Assembly (NCBI GenBank): GCA_963532425.1
Contig: CAUSKK010000013.1
Coordinates: 3,931 to 67,930 of the forward strand
Direction of reading: 5' to 3'
Length of the DNA stretch: 64,000 nt
Source of the DNA: an uncultured Cardiobacteriaceae bacterium
GTDB taxonomy: Bacteria > Pseudomonadota > Gammaproteobacteria > Cardiobacteriales > Cardiobacteriaceae
The notes under the pieces were generated by a model that searched no databases, had not been told where the DNA came from, and worked only from the letters and a program-made list of their open reading frames with translations. Positions 18,904 through 27,581 of this stretch are shown piece after piece. Made by a program: the position numbers and the translations under genes. Positions within the stretch are counted from its first letter, which is position 1. Each line of letters starts with the position of its first letter.

Positions 18904-19722
18904 ATGCCCGAATTACCCGAGGTGGAAACCACCCGTGCCGCCCTGGCGCCCAGCTGTCTGGGCCAGACCATCACCGCCCTGAAACTGCGTACCGACGCCC
19001 TGCGCGCGCCGCTGGCACCGGATTTGTCCCGCCAGTTCGTCGGCCGCACCATCACGGCCCTGGAACGGCGCGGCAAGCATTTGCTGCTGCACAGCGACGA
19101 CCCGCAGCTGAGCCTGCATCTCCACCTCGGCATGAGCGGTTCCCTGCGCATCTGCGCCCCCGGCGACCCGCTCGGGCCCTACGACTTCGTGCTGCTCAGC
19201 CTCGGCAACGGCCGGCAAATCCGCCTGCGCGACCCGCGCAAATTCGGCCACTGTGGCGCCATCGACCCGACTAATCCGCCGCCGGCCCTGAAAAACCTCG
19301 GCCCGGAGCCGCTGGGGGACGAATTCACCGGCGACTTTCTCTTCCGACAGACGCGCAAGCGCACGGCCCCCATCAAAAATCACCTGATGAATCAGGAACA
19401 TGTGGTGGGCATCGGCAATATCTACGCCGCCGAAGCGCTTTTCCTCAGCGGCATTCTGCCCACCCGGCCGGCCGGCAGCCTCGACGCCGGCGACTGTGAA
19501 CGGCTGGTGGCGGAAATCAAAGCCCTGCTGAAACGGGCCATCGCCGCCGGTGGCACCACCCTTAAGGATTTTCACAGCCCTGACGGCCGCGACGGCCATT
19601 TCATCTTCGCCCTCGACGTCTACGGCAAGGCCGGCCAGCCCTGCCCGCGCTGTGGCACAAGGCTGGAAAATGTGGTGCTGGGGGGCCGGGCCAGCGTCTT
19701 CTGTCCCCGCTGCCAACACTAG
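18904..19722 (+). CDS. mutM: formamidopyrimidine-DNA glycosylase
   Basis: 'MPELPEVETTR' N-terminus and C-terminal zinc finger 'CPRCG....V.GGR....CPRCQ'. Confidence 0.96.
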   Translation: MPELPEVETTRAALAPSCLGQTITALKLRTDALRAPLAPDLSRQFVGRTITALERRGKHLLLHSDDPQLSLHLHLGMSGSLRICAPGDPLGPYDFVLLSLGNGRQIRLRDPRKFGHCGAIDPTNPPPALKNLGPEPLGDEFTGDFLFRQTRKRTAPIKNHLMNQEHVVGIGNIYAAEALFLSGILPTRPAGSLDAGDCERLVAEIKALLKRAIAAGGTTLKDFHSPDGRDGHFIFALDVYGKAGQPCPRCGTRLENVVLGGRASVFCPRCQH

Positions 19723-19730
19723 GAGGAATC

Positions 19731-20351
19731 ATGCTCGGACAACTGTGGATAATTGCGGCGCCCTCGGGCGGCGGTAAAACCAGCCTGATTCGCGAGATGT
19801 GCCGGCGCCTGCCCTTTGTGGTGGAATCGGTCTCCCACACCACCCGGGCCCCGCGCAGCGGCGAGCGGGAGGGCCTGGACTATTTCTTCATCGACGAGGA
19901 CGAGTTCCAGCGGCGTATCGCCGCCGGCGATTTCCTCGAATGGGCCTCGGTCTACGGTCGCCACTATGGCACCTCCCGTTCCCAGGTGGAGGCCCGGCTC
20001 CAGGCCGGCCAGGACGTGCTGCTAAACATCGACTGGCAGGGCGCCCAGCAGGTGCGCCAGCTGCTGCCGGCGACGCGGACGGTCTTTCTGCTGCCGCCGT
20101 CGCTGGAAACGCTGCTGGAGCGGCTCCGGAGCCGGGGCGACGACCCGGAACACATCGAACGGCGCATGGCCGAGGCCGTGGCCGACATTTCCCACTACCG
20201 GGAATTTGAATTTGTGCTGGTCAATGAGGACTGGCGGCGGGCCTGCGACCAGCTGGAATTGCTGCTGCGCAGTGCCCAGCTGCTGCGCAGTCGCCAGGAG
20301 GCCGATTTGCAGCCGCTGCTCCAACGGCTGGGCCAGGGACCCCGAAACTAG
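19731..20351 (+). CDS. gmk: guanylate kinase
   Basis: 'APSGGGKTSL' P-loop, 'SHTTRAPR.GE..G.DY.F' and 'W.GA.Q'. Confidence 0.95.
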   Translation: MLGQLWIIAAPSGGGKTSLIREMCRRLPFVVESVSHTTRAPRSGEREGLDYFFIDEDEFQRRIAAGDFLEWASVYGRHYGTSRSQVEARLQAGQDVLLNIDWQGAQQVRQLLPATRTVFLLPPSLETLLERLRSRGDDPEHIERRMAEAVADISHYREFEFVLVNEDWRRACDQLELLLRSAQLLRSRQEADLQPLLQRLGQGPRN

Positions 20352-20357
20352 CCCCAG

Positions 20358-20385
20358 AACCCCCGTCCGGGGGTTTGCTTTTTTC
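20358..20385 (+). terminator. intrinsic terminator after gmk
   Basis: AACCCCC-GTCC-GGGGGTT followed by TGCTTTTTT. Confidence 0.75.
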
Positions 20386-20442
20386 TCGGCCGCTGGCCGC
20401 ACCGAGCACTGCAATTTTCCCGGCCGGTGCTACGGAAAAGGG

Positions 20443-20901
20443 GAAGCGCTTCGCTGGAACGATTAAATCCTGTCGCCGAGAGGGAAGCGCTCCCCCCGCC
20501 GGGCCGGATGGCCACACCAACTCTAAAAAGGGGAAGCGCTTCGTTTCCGGGGGCCAGCGACCGAAGCGCTTCTTCCGTCCCAAGGTTTTCCCACGACCCC
20601 GGCCCGATGGCTTAAACCGAAGCGCTTCGTTGTAAAAGACCCGGCGGGAGCGAAGCGCTCCCTCTCTAAGCCACGAGTTCGTTCCCTAGCTCAGCCATTG
20701 GCCATTCCAAAATCGAAGCGCTTCCCCCGGCTCGAGCTTTAAAACGCCGAAGCGCTTCGTTCTACCGGCCCATTCCCCTTCGCCTGCCGGCGGCCGAGCC
20801 GGAAGCGCTTCCTTCTGGGAAGCCAGTTAAAAGGGTCAGAGCGTGAGGGCATGCTAGTCGAAGCGCTTCAGCCGGGAAGTTTGCCCGGGGGGAAGCGCTT
20901 C
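20443..20901. repeat. array C of GAAGCGCTTC palindromes (9 exact plus 2 variant)
   Basis: Manual scan of the non-coding 3'-3' gap between gmk and the oxidoreductase gene. Confidence 0.9.
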
Positions 20902-20935
20902 ATTAATACAAAAGGGCGGCCGAACGGACGGGCCC

Positions 20936-21490
20936 CTAGGAATTGGGGGCGGCCAGAGCCTTTAGCCGTGCCACTAAGCCGGCGGCGCTGGCCTCCGCCC
21001 GGGCGCGAATGGTGGCCGCGTCGTAGAGGGCCGGCGAGGTGCCGTGGAAATAGAAGGGGTCCTGGTAGCGCATCTGGCAGTAATAGGCGGTCTGCTCCAG
21101 CGGTTTACACAGCTCGACGACACGGAAATGGGCGGCGCCATCGGCCCGGTAATCCTCGGCTGGCGCCCCAATGGTGATGCTGGGGAGAAAATCCTTGCCG
21201 CGCAGGGCGTCGCCGCCGCGGCCGTAGGCAAAGCCCAGGGTGAGCACCGAGTCGAAATACTGCTTCAACAGCGCCGGCGGGCTGTACCAGTAGAGCGGGT
21301 ATTGGAAAACGATGCTTTGGTGGCGCCGCAGCGCCGCCTGCTCGGCGGCCACGGCGATGCGGTAATCCGGGTATAGGGTGGCCAAATCACGGATTTCTAA
21401 ATCAAGACCGCTGGCCGTTAGCACGTCGATGACCGCCCGATTCGCAATGGACTGGGCAAAATTGGGGTGGGCGAGAATGATGAGGGCCAT
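20936..21490 (-). CDS. flavodoxin-like NAD(P)H oxidoreductase (KefF/MdaB/GSP14-like)
   Basis: 'MALIILAHPNF.QS..N' N-terminus and 'FQYPLYWYS.PALLK.Y.D.V' motif. Confidence 0.8.
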   Translation of the reverse strand: MALIILAHPNFAQSIANRAVIDVLTASGLDLEIRDLATLYPDYRIAVAAEQAALRRHQSIVFQYPLYWYSPPALLKQYFDSVLTLGFAYGRGGDALRGKDFLPSITIGAPAEDYRADGAAHFRVVELCKPLEQTAYYCQMRYQDPFYFHGTSPALYDAATIRARAEASAAGLVARLKALAAPNS

Positions 21491-21565
21491 GGTTACTCCT
21501 GTAAGTAAAGGCCGCGACTATAGGCCGGCCCCGCACCCCCCCACAAGAACTATCCCGGAGGATAC

Positions 21566-21943
21566 GTGAAGGAAATTAAGCCGGAATGCGCCAGCGAGCA
21601 CTTTGCCCTTGGCACCAAGACCTACCCCTGCCCCCTAAGCCTGGCGCTGGATTTAATCGGCGGCCGCTGGAAGGCGGTCATCATCTACCACCTGCAGGGG
21701 GAGCCCCAGCGCTTCAACCAGCTGCAGCGGCTGCTGCCGGGGGTAACGGCGGCGGTGCTGAGCCGGCGGCTGCGCCAGCTGGAAGCGGACGGGCTGCTGC
21801 GGCGCACGGTTATGGGTCGCCGGCCACCGCTGCACTGTGAATACGCGCTGACGGCCTTCGGGCGCAGCGTGCTGCCGGCCCTGGCCGGCCTGCTGGCCTG
21901 GGGCAACGAAGTGGTGCGGGAACGGGGCCGCTGCGTGGATTAG
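21566..21943 (+). CDS. HxlR-family transcriptional regulator
   Basis: 'CPLSLALDLIGGRWKAVIIYHL' is the HxlR signature. GTG start with a GGAG RBS. Divergent from an oxidoreductase, the usual pairing. Confidence 0.85.
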   Translation: MKEIKPECASEHFALGTKTYPCPLSLALDLIGGRWKAVIIYHLQGEPQRFNQLQRLLPGVTAAVLSRRLRQLEADGLLRRTVMGRRPPLHCEYALTAFGRSVLPALAGLLAWGNEVVRERGRCVD

Positions 21944-22033
21944 GGTCTAAATACATACAGAAGAAGCGCTTCCTCGTTTGTAAATACCCCCCCTTATCCA
22001 TTACAGTGAAAAGCCCCTAACCAAGGAGTTGTC

Positions 22034-23827
22034 ATGCGTAAATTAACCCTAATGATTCTCTGCGCCCTCGGCACCGCAGTGTTCGCCGGCCCCGGCACCG
22101 CCGTCGCCGAACCGACGGTTACGGCCAGCCCGACGCTGACCGTCAGCCCCACGGCCAGCCCCAGCCCGGCGGCGCAGGAGGCCATCTACTCGGATATGGC
22201 CATTCACCACCCGGTCTTCGCCCGCCACGGCATGGTCGCCAGCCAGGAGGCCCTGGCCACTAAAGTCGGCGTGGAAATCCTCAAGCAGGGCGGCAACGCG
22301 GTGGACGCCGGCGTGGCCGTCGGTTTCGCCCTGGCCGTAACCCTGCCCCGGGCCGGCAACATCGGCGGCGGCGGCTTCATGCTGATTTACGACGCGAAGA
22401 CCGGTAAAACCATCGCCCTGGACTACCGGGAACGGGCGCCAAAGTTGGCTGACCGGGATATGTTTCTGGATAAGGACGGCAACGCGGTGGAAGAACTGTC
22501 CCGCTACCACGGCAAGGCGGTGGGCGTGCCCGGCACCGTCGCCGGCCTGCTGCAGGCTCTGGAGGAACACGGCACCATGAGCCGGGAGCAGGTGCTGGCG
22601 CCGGCCATCAAGCTGGCCGAGGAGGGCTTTCCGGTGATGCCGGGCCTGGCCGCGTCGCTGCAGGCCGGCCGGGAGCGGCTGCTGAAGTGGCCGAGCACCG
22701 CAAAAATCTTCTTCAAACCCGACGGCAGCCCCTACGGCGAGGGGGAAATTCTCAGGCAGCCGGAGCTGGCCGCCAGTCTGAAGCGCATTGCCGCCGAGGG
22801 TAGCAAGGGTTTTTACGAAGGGGAAACGGCGGAAAAAATCGTCAGAGCGGTGAAAGAGGCCGGCGGCGTCATGGAATTGGCCGATTTACAAAATTATCGG
22901 GCGCTGAATCGGGAGCCGGTGCGCGGCAACTATCGCGGCTATGAAATCGTCTCCATGCCGCCGCCCTCCTCCGGTGGCATTCACATCATTCAGATACTGA
23001 ACCTGCTGGAGGGCTTCGACCTGAAGGCCAGCGGCCACAACACGGCCCAGACCATTCACCTGCTCGCCGAAGCCATGAAGCTGGCCTACGCCGACCGGGC
23101 CGAGTACCTGGGCGACCCGGACTTCGTTAAGGTGCCGGCCAAGGGCCTGCTCAGTAAGCCATACGCCGAGCAGCTGCGGGCGCAGATTGACCCGACCCGG
23201 GCGCGGCCGGCCAGCGAAATCAAGCACGGCCAGCCCCAGCCCTACGAGAGCGACCAGACCACCCACTATTCGGTGGTGGACAAGGACGGCAACGCCATTG
23301 CCAACACCTACACCCTGAACTTCAGCTACGGCGCCGGGCTGGTGGCCGAGGGCACCGGCATTCTCCTGAATAACGAGATGGATGATTTTTCCGCCAAGCC
23401 CGGCGTGCCCAACGGCTACGGCCTCATCGGCGGCGACGCCAACGCGGTGCAGCCGGACAAGCGGCCGCTGTCCTCCATGAGTCCGACGCTGGTATTTAAG
23501 GACGGCAAACCGTTTCTGGTTACCGGTTCGCCGGGCGGCAGCCGCATCATCACCACGGTTACGCAGATTATTAGCAACGTCATCGACCACGGCATGAACG
23601 TGGCGGAGGCGACCAACGCGGTGCGCATTCACGAGCAGTGGCTGCCGGAGGAAATCCGCGTGGAAACGGGCCTGAGCGCCGACACGGTGAAGCTGCTGGA
23701 GGCCATGGGCCACAAGGTGGAACGGAAGGCAACCATGGGTTCGACCCAGTCCATTTTGATTCAGCCGGAGGGACTCTACGGCAGCTCGGACCCGAGGATT
23801 GAAGATGCTCTTACCGCCGGTTACTAA
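22034..23827 (+). CDS. ggt: gamma-glutamyltransferase
   Basis: 597 aa. Signal peptide plus T/P/S linker. Autoprocessing site 'SDQTTHYSVVD' and 'GSPGGSRIIT' motif. Confidence 0.95.
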   Translation: MRKLTLMILCALGTAVFAGPGTAVAEPTVTASPTLTVSPTASPSPAAQEAIYSDMAIHHPVFARHGMVASQEALATKVGVEILKQGGNAVDAGVAVGFALAVTLPRAGNIGGGGFMLIYDAKTGKTIALDYRERAPKLADRDMFLDKDGNAVEELSRYHGKAVGVPGTVAGLLQALEEHGTMSREQVLAPAIKLAEEGFPVMPGLAASLQAGRERLLKWPSTAKIFFKPDGSPYGEGEILRQPELAASLKRIAAEGSKGFYEGETAEKIVRAVKEAGGVMELADLQNYRALNREPVRGNYRGYEIVSMPPPSSGGIHIIQILNLLEGFDLKASGHNTAQTIHLLAEAMKLAYADRAEYLGDPDFVKVPAKGLLSKPYAEQLRAQIDPTRARPASEIKHGQPQPYESDQTTHYSVVDKDGNAIANTYTLNFSYGAGLVAEGTGILLNNEMDDFSAKPGVPNGYGLIGGDANAVQPDKRPLSSMSPTLVFKDGKPFLVTGSPGGSRIITTVTQIISNVIDHGMNVAEATNAVRIHEQWLPEEIRVETGLSADTVKLLEAMGHKVERKATMGSTQSILIQPEGLYGSSDPRIEDALTAGY

Positions 23828-23946
23828 AGTAACCAATCGGCGCGAGCATCTCCCCCTGCGGGTGAAGATGCCCTTACGGCGGGTTATTAGCCCGCCGGCG
23901 GTCCTCTTCCCCTTTGGGTGAAGATGCCCTCACCGCCGGCCATTGA
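23798..23946 (+). repeat. three copies of the ggt 3' end including the stop codon
   Basis: 23798-23827 'ATTGAAGATGCTCTTACCGCCGGTTACTAA', 23861-23890 'GGTGAAGATGCCCTTACGGCGGGTTATTAG' and 23917-23946 'GGTGAAGATGCCCTCACCGCCGGCCATTGA'. Confidence 0.85.
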
Positions 23947-24113
23947 ACCCACGCTAAACCTTGCCCGGCCCCCAATTCGGGGGCTTTTTCGTGGCCGCCG
24001 AGTGGTAAGCACTTTCGCACAGCGAAGCAGCAAGCCGACGGCGAACGACCGCTCCCCCTCCCGGCCGGCGCTGAACCGTGTCAAACTGCGCCCTTTTGCA
24101 CCGGAGTATCGCC

Positions 24114-25205
24114 ATGACCTTGCAACTCAGCGCGCGCCACCGTCCCCGCTATGAACTGCTAACCTTCTATAAATTCGTGGATTTGCCCCCCCGGCTCCTG
24201 CCCCTGCTGGCCCAGGAACATCTGGATTTCTGCCGCGACATCGGCCTGCGCGGCCGGGTCTACCTGGGCAGCGAGGGCATCAGCGCCACCGTCAGTGGCA
24301 ATCGCGGCCAAACCCACGCCTACCGCCTCTATCTACAGGCCTCACCCTATTTCCACGACATTGCCGACATCGACAGCAAGGCCAGTCCGGTGGACGGCCA
24401 CCAGTTCCCGCGCATGAGCGTCAAGCTGCGCGAGGAAATCGTCGCCCTCGGCCACCGGGTAACGGCCGCCGAGGTGGAGCGCTTCCGCCGGGAAATCAGC
24501 CCGGGCGAATTCAAGGCAATCCTCGACGGCCCCGAGCGCGAGAACTACCTCATTCTCGATATGCGCAACGACTACGAATACCGCCTCGGCCACTTCAAAC
24601 ACGCCCTGCCGGCGGGGACGGTGAATTTTCGCGAGGTGCCGGCGCTGCTGGAACGCTACCGGCAACAGGCCGCCGGCAAGAAAATCATCTGGTACTGCAC
24701 CGGCGGCATCCGCTGCGAGAAGGCGGCGGTGCTGGCCAACCAGCTCGGCGCCGGCGAGTTCTACGCCCTGCAGGGCGGCGTGGTGAAGTATGTGAACCAG
24801 TTCAACGATGGCAACTGGCTGGGCAATCTCTACACCTTCGACGACCGGGTCTCCACGCCGGTGGGCGACGAGCACACCCACCGCACCATCGGCCGCTGCT
24901 GCTACAGCGACCAGCCCAGCGACCACTGCGAAAACTGCCGCCACGCCCCCTGCAACGCCCATCTCATCGCCCGGCCGCGCGAGTACCGCCGCCACGGGGG
25001 CTTCTGCAGCGCCGAATGCTACGCCGCCGCCCAGAAGGACGGGCTGGTGCGGGTCGTGGCCTGGGACGATTTCGACTATCGCGCCGCCCGCCGGGCCGGC
25101 CGCTGGGACGAGCTGCGCGCCCATCTACAGAGTCTAGTGCCGGCCAATCTGCGCTGGCGCCACGCCCATTCCCAGCGGGAGGAGTGTCGCCATGACGATG
25201 GCTAA
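24114..25205 (+). CDS. trhO: rhodanese-domain tRNA uridine(34) hydroxylase (YceA/UPF0176)
   Basis: 'LLTFYKF', 'GR.Y...EGI.AT..G' and rhodanese loop 'YCTGGIRCEKA'. Cys-rich C-terminus. ATG 24114 chosen over the ORF-track start 24078. Confidence 0.88.
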   Translation: MTLQLSARHRPRYELLTFYKFVDLPPRLLPLLAQEHLDFCRDIGLRGRVYLGSEGISATVSGNRGQTHAYRLYLQASPYFHDIADIDSKASPVDGHQFPRMSVKLREEIVALGHRVTAAEVERFRREISPGEFKAILDGPERENYLILDMRNDYEYRLGHFKHALPAGTVNFREVPALLERYRQQAAGKKIIWYCTGGIRCEKAAVLANQLGAGEFYALQGGVVKYVNQFNDGNWLGNLYTFDDRVSTPVGDEHTHRTIGRCCYSDQPSDHCENCRHAPCNAHLIARPREYRRHGGFCSAECYAAAQKDGLVRVVAWDDFDYRAARRAGRWDELRAHLQSLVPANLRWRHAHSQREECRHDDG

Positions 25206-25995
25206 TCCCGACGCCAGCCAGAAATACGGCCGCAGCCTGCACGCCCCCATCAGCCTGGGCACCACCTCCGACGACCGCTTCATGCCGCCGGGCTATCTGG
25301 CCAGCTTTGCCGATGAAGTGCTTGTCTTAACCGAGAAGTTAGATGGGCAGAACAACTGCCTCAGCCGCCTCGGCCTCTTCGCCCGTTCCCACGCCGCCCC
25401 CAGCGCCCTGCCCTGGGACCGGCCGCTGCGCGCCCGCTGGGAACGTATCCGCGACGACCTGGGCGACTGGGAAATCTTCGGCGAAAACCTCTACGGCGTG
25501 CATTCCATTGCCTACACGCGGCTGGAATCCTTCTTCTACGTCTTCGCTGTGCGCCAGCGGGGCCGCTGGCTCAGCTGGGAGGAGGTGAAATTTATCGCCG
25601 CCCTCTTCGACTTCCCCACGGTGCCGGAAATCCCCATCACCACCCCGCTGGCGTCGGTTCTGCAGGCCGCCCACGGCGAGGACGAGGCGCTGCGCCGCTG
25701 GCTCCATTTAAATCTGGGCCTGGACTGGACCGACTACGTGCAGACCGCCGGCCAGCTGGGCGGCCAGGACCCCCGGAGCGGCGCCCCGGCCTGTGAGGGG
25801 CTGGTGCTGCGGCGGGCGCGCAGTTTCCGGCAGAACGAGGGGCTCATTGCCGTGCAGCCCAACGAGTTCGACAGCCTGTTCAAGCTGGTGCGGGCCAGGC
25901 ACATCAAGACCGATGAACACTGGACGCGCCACTGGCGGCCGGCCAAATTAATCGATTACCAGCGTTACCACTGGGAGGCCCAGCAATATGAATAA
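25192..25995 (+). CDS. ATP-dependent RNA ligase family protein
   Basis: Nucleotidyltransferase motifs in order: I 'EKLDGQN', III 'FGENLY', IIIa 'FYVFAV', IV 'EGLVLR', V 'FKLVRARH'. GGGAGGAG RBS. ATG overlaps the trhO stop by 14 nt. Confidence 0.8.
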   Translation: MTMANPDASQKYGRSLHAPISLGTTSDDRFMPPGYLASFADEVLVLTEKLDGQNNCLSRLGLFARSHAAPSALPWDRPLRARWERIRDDLGDWEIFGENLYGVHSIAYTRLESFFYVFAVRQRGRWLSWEEVKFIAALFDFPTVPEIPITTPLASVLQAAHGEDEALRRWLHLNLGLDWTDYVQTAGQLGGQDPRSGAPACEGLVLRRARSFRQNEGLIAVQPNEFDSLFKLVRARHIKTDEHWTRHWRPAKLIDYQRYHWEAQQYE

Positions 25996-27097
25996 ACCGG
26001 ACTGGGCGGCGCTGACCGCCCGCCATAGCTGGCTGCGGGAACTGGCCACGGTACCGCAAGACCCCCTCTGGCACGGTGAGGGCGACGTGCTCACCCACAC
26101 GAAAATGGTGCTGGAGGCGCTGCTGGCCCTGCCCGGCTACGAAGCGCTGCCGGCGGCTTCCCAAGAGGAATTGCGCTGGGCGGCCCTGCTCCACGACGTG
26201 GAAAAGCGCAGCACGACGAAGGAGGAGAACGGCCGCATCGTCTCGCCGAACCACGCCCGCCGCGGTGAATTCACCGCCCGCCGGCTGCTCTACGTGGACG
26301 AAGCGCTTCCCTTCGCCCGCCGCGAACGCATCTGTGCCCTGGTGCGCTGGCACGGGGCGCCGCTGTGGCTGCTGGACCGGCCCCGGCCCGAACGGCTGCT
26401 GGTGGCCCTGAGTCTGCGCTGCGACCTGAACGCCCTGGCCCTGCTGGCCGAGGCCGACGTGCGCGGGCGCCTTTGTCCCGACCAAAAGGAACTGCTGGAG
26501 CGGGTCGAACTGTTTCGCCTGCTGGCCGCGGAGGCGGGAGTGCTACAGGGCCCGGCCCAGTTCGCGACCCCGGCCGCCCGTTTCCACTATCTGAACCACG
26601 ACGACAGCCCGCGCGACTACGTGCCCTATGACGATGGCCGTTCCTTCCCGGTCTGGCTGCTGAGCGGCCTGCCCGGCGTCGGCAAAGACCACTTTCTGCG
26701 TGAACACTGGGCCGGGCCGGTGCTATCTCTCGATAATCTGCGCCGGGCCGCCGGCATTGAGCCCACCGACAGGAAGGGCAACGGCCTCATCATTCAACGG
26801 GCCAAGGAGGAGGCCAAGCGGCTGCTGCGGGCGCGCCAGCCCTTCGCCTTTAACGCCACCAACATCAGCGCCGAACTGCGCGGTCGCTGGCTGGAACTCT
26901 TTCACGCCTACGGCGCCGCCACGGAAATTCACTATCTGGAGGTGCCCTGGCGCCAGCTGCTGGCCCAGAACCGCAACCGGCCGCACCCGGTGCCTGAGGC
27001 GGTCATTGGCCAGCTGCTGGGGAAACTGGAACTGCCGCTGGCCGCCGAGGCGTGGCAGCTGCACTATCACGTCCGGGACGAGGAGCCATCATGTTAA
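25988..27097 (+). CDS. HD-phosphohydrolase / P-loop polynucleotide-kinase-like fusion protein
   Basis: N-terminal 'WHGEGDVLTHTKMVLE' and 'ALLHDVEK' (HD, CCA-enzyme-like). C-terminal 'LLSGLPGVGKDHF' Walker A. ATGAATAA overlap with the ligase stop. Confidence 0.75.
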   Translation: MNKPDWAALTARHSWLRELATVPQDPLWHGEGDVLTHTKMVLEALLALPGYEALPAASQEELRWAALLHDVEKRSTTKEENGRIVSPNHARRGEFTARRLLYVDEALPFARRERICALVRWHGAPLWLLDRPRPERLLVALSLRCDLNALALLAEADVRGRLCPDQKELLERVELFRLLAAEAGVLQGPAQFATPAARFHYLNHDDSPRDYVPYDDGRSFPVWLLSGLPGVGKDHFLREHWAGPVLSLDNLRRAAGIEPTDRKGNGLIIQRAKEEAKRLLRARQPFAFNATNISAELRGRWLELFHAYGAATEIHYLEVPWRQLLAQNRNRPHPVPEAVIGQLLGKLELPLAAEAWQLHYHVRDEEPSC

Positions 27098-27275
27098 AAA
27101 CTGCTGGAACCTTAGGACCGGCCGGCGCCGGGTGCGGACACCCTGGCCTTCCGGCCGCTGCCGGCGGCCCCGGGGCAACGATTGACCGAGCGCTTCGGCC
27201 CGGAGAAAATCGACGGCCTATTTTTACCCCCGACGGGGGCCTCCCCCGTCCCAACCCTGAGGAGACCCAGACCCC

Positions 27276-27560
27276 ATGAAACCTTCGGAACTGCTGGCCC
27301 GGCACCGGGCCGCCGTGCTTGACCTTATTGGTCGCTACCACTTCATCAACCCCCGGGTTTTCGGCCCGGACGACCCCGACGCCGCCCTGAATCTGAGCGT
27401 GGAGGGCAGCGCCAGCAGCTCGCTGGAGGGCTACGGCGAACTGGCCACCGAGCTGGAAAATCTACTCGGTCGCACCGTCCATGTGGTGGTGGCCAACCAT
27501 TTCACCGAGTTTCTGAGCGACGAGCAGCGCGCCGCCCTCGCCGCCGCCCGCCCTTTCTAA
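27276..27560 (+). CDS. nucleotidyltransferase (MNT)-like small protein with degenerate catalytic motif
   Basis: The layout 'L...R..VL.LI.RY...NPRVFG......LN....LGRTV.VV' mirrors minimal nucleotidyltransferases. However, GS and DxD are replaced (GP, NLS). Confidence 0.5.
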   Translation: MKPSELLARHRAAVLDLIGRYHFINPRVFGPDDPDAALNLSVEGSASSSLEGYGELATELENLLGRTVHVVVANHFTEFLSDEQRAALAAARPF

Positions 27561-27581
27561 CCTTCCATTAAGGAGATTTAT

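Noticed and set aside
27276-27560. The MNT-like gene as the antitoxin half of a HEPN-MNT toxin-antitoxin pair.
   Set aside because: No HEPN (Rx4-6H) partner is adjacent; the next gene is a 546-aa secreted protein. The MNT catalytic motifs are degenerate, so a TA call is not supported.
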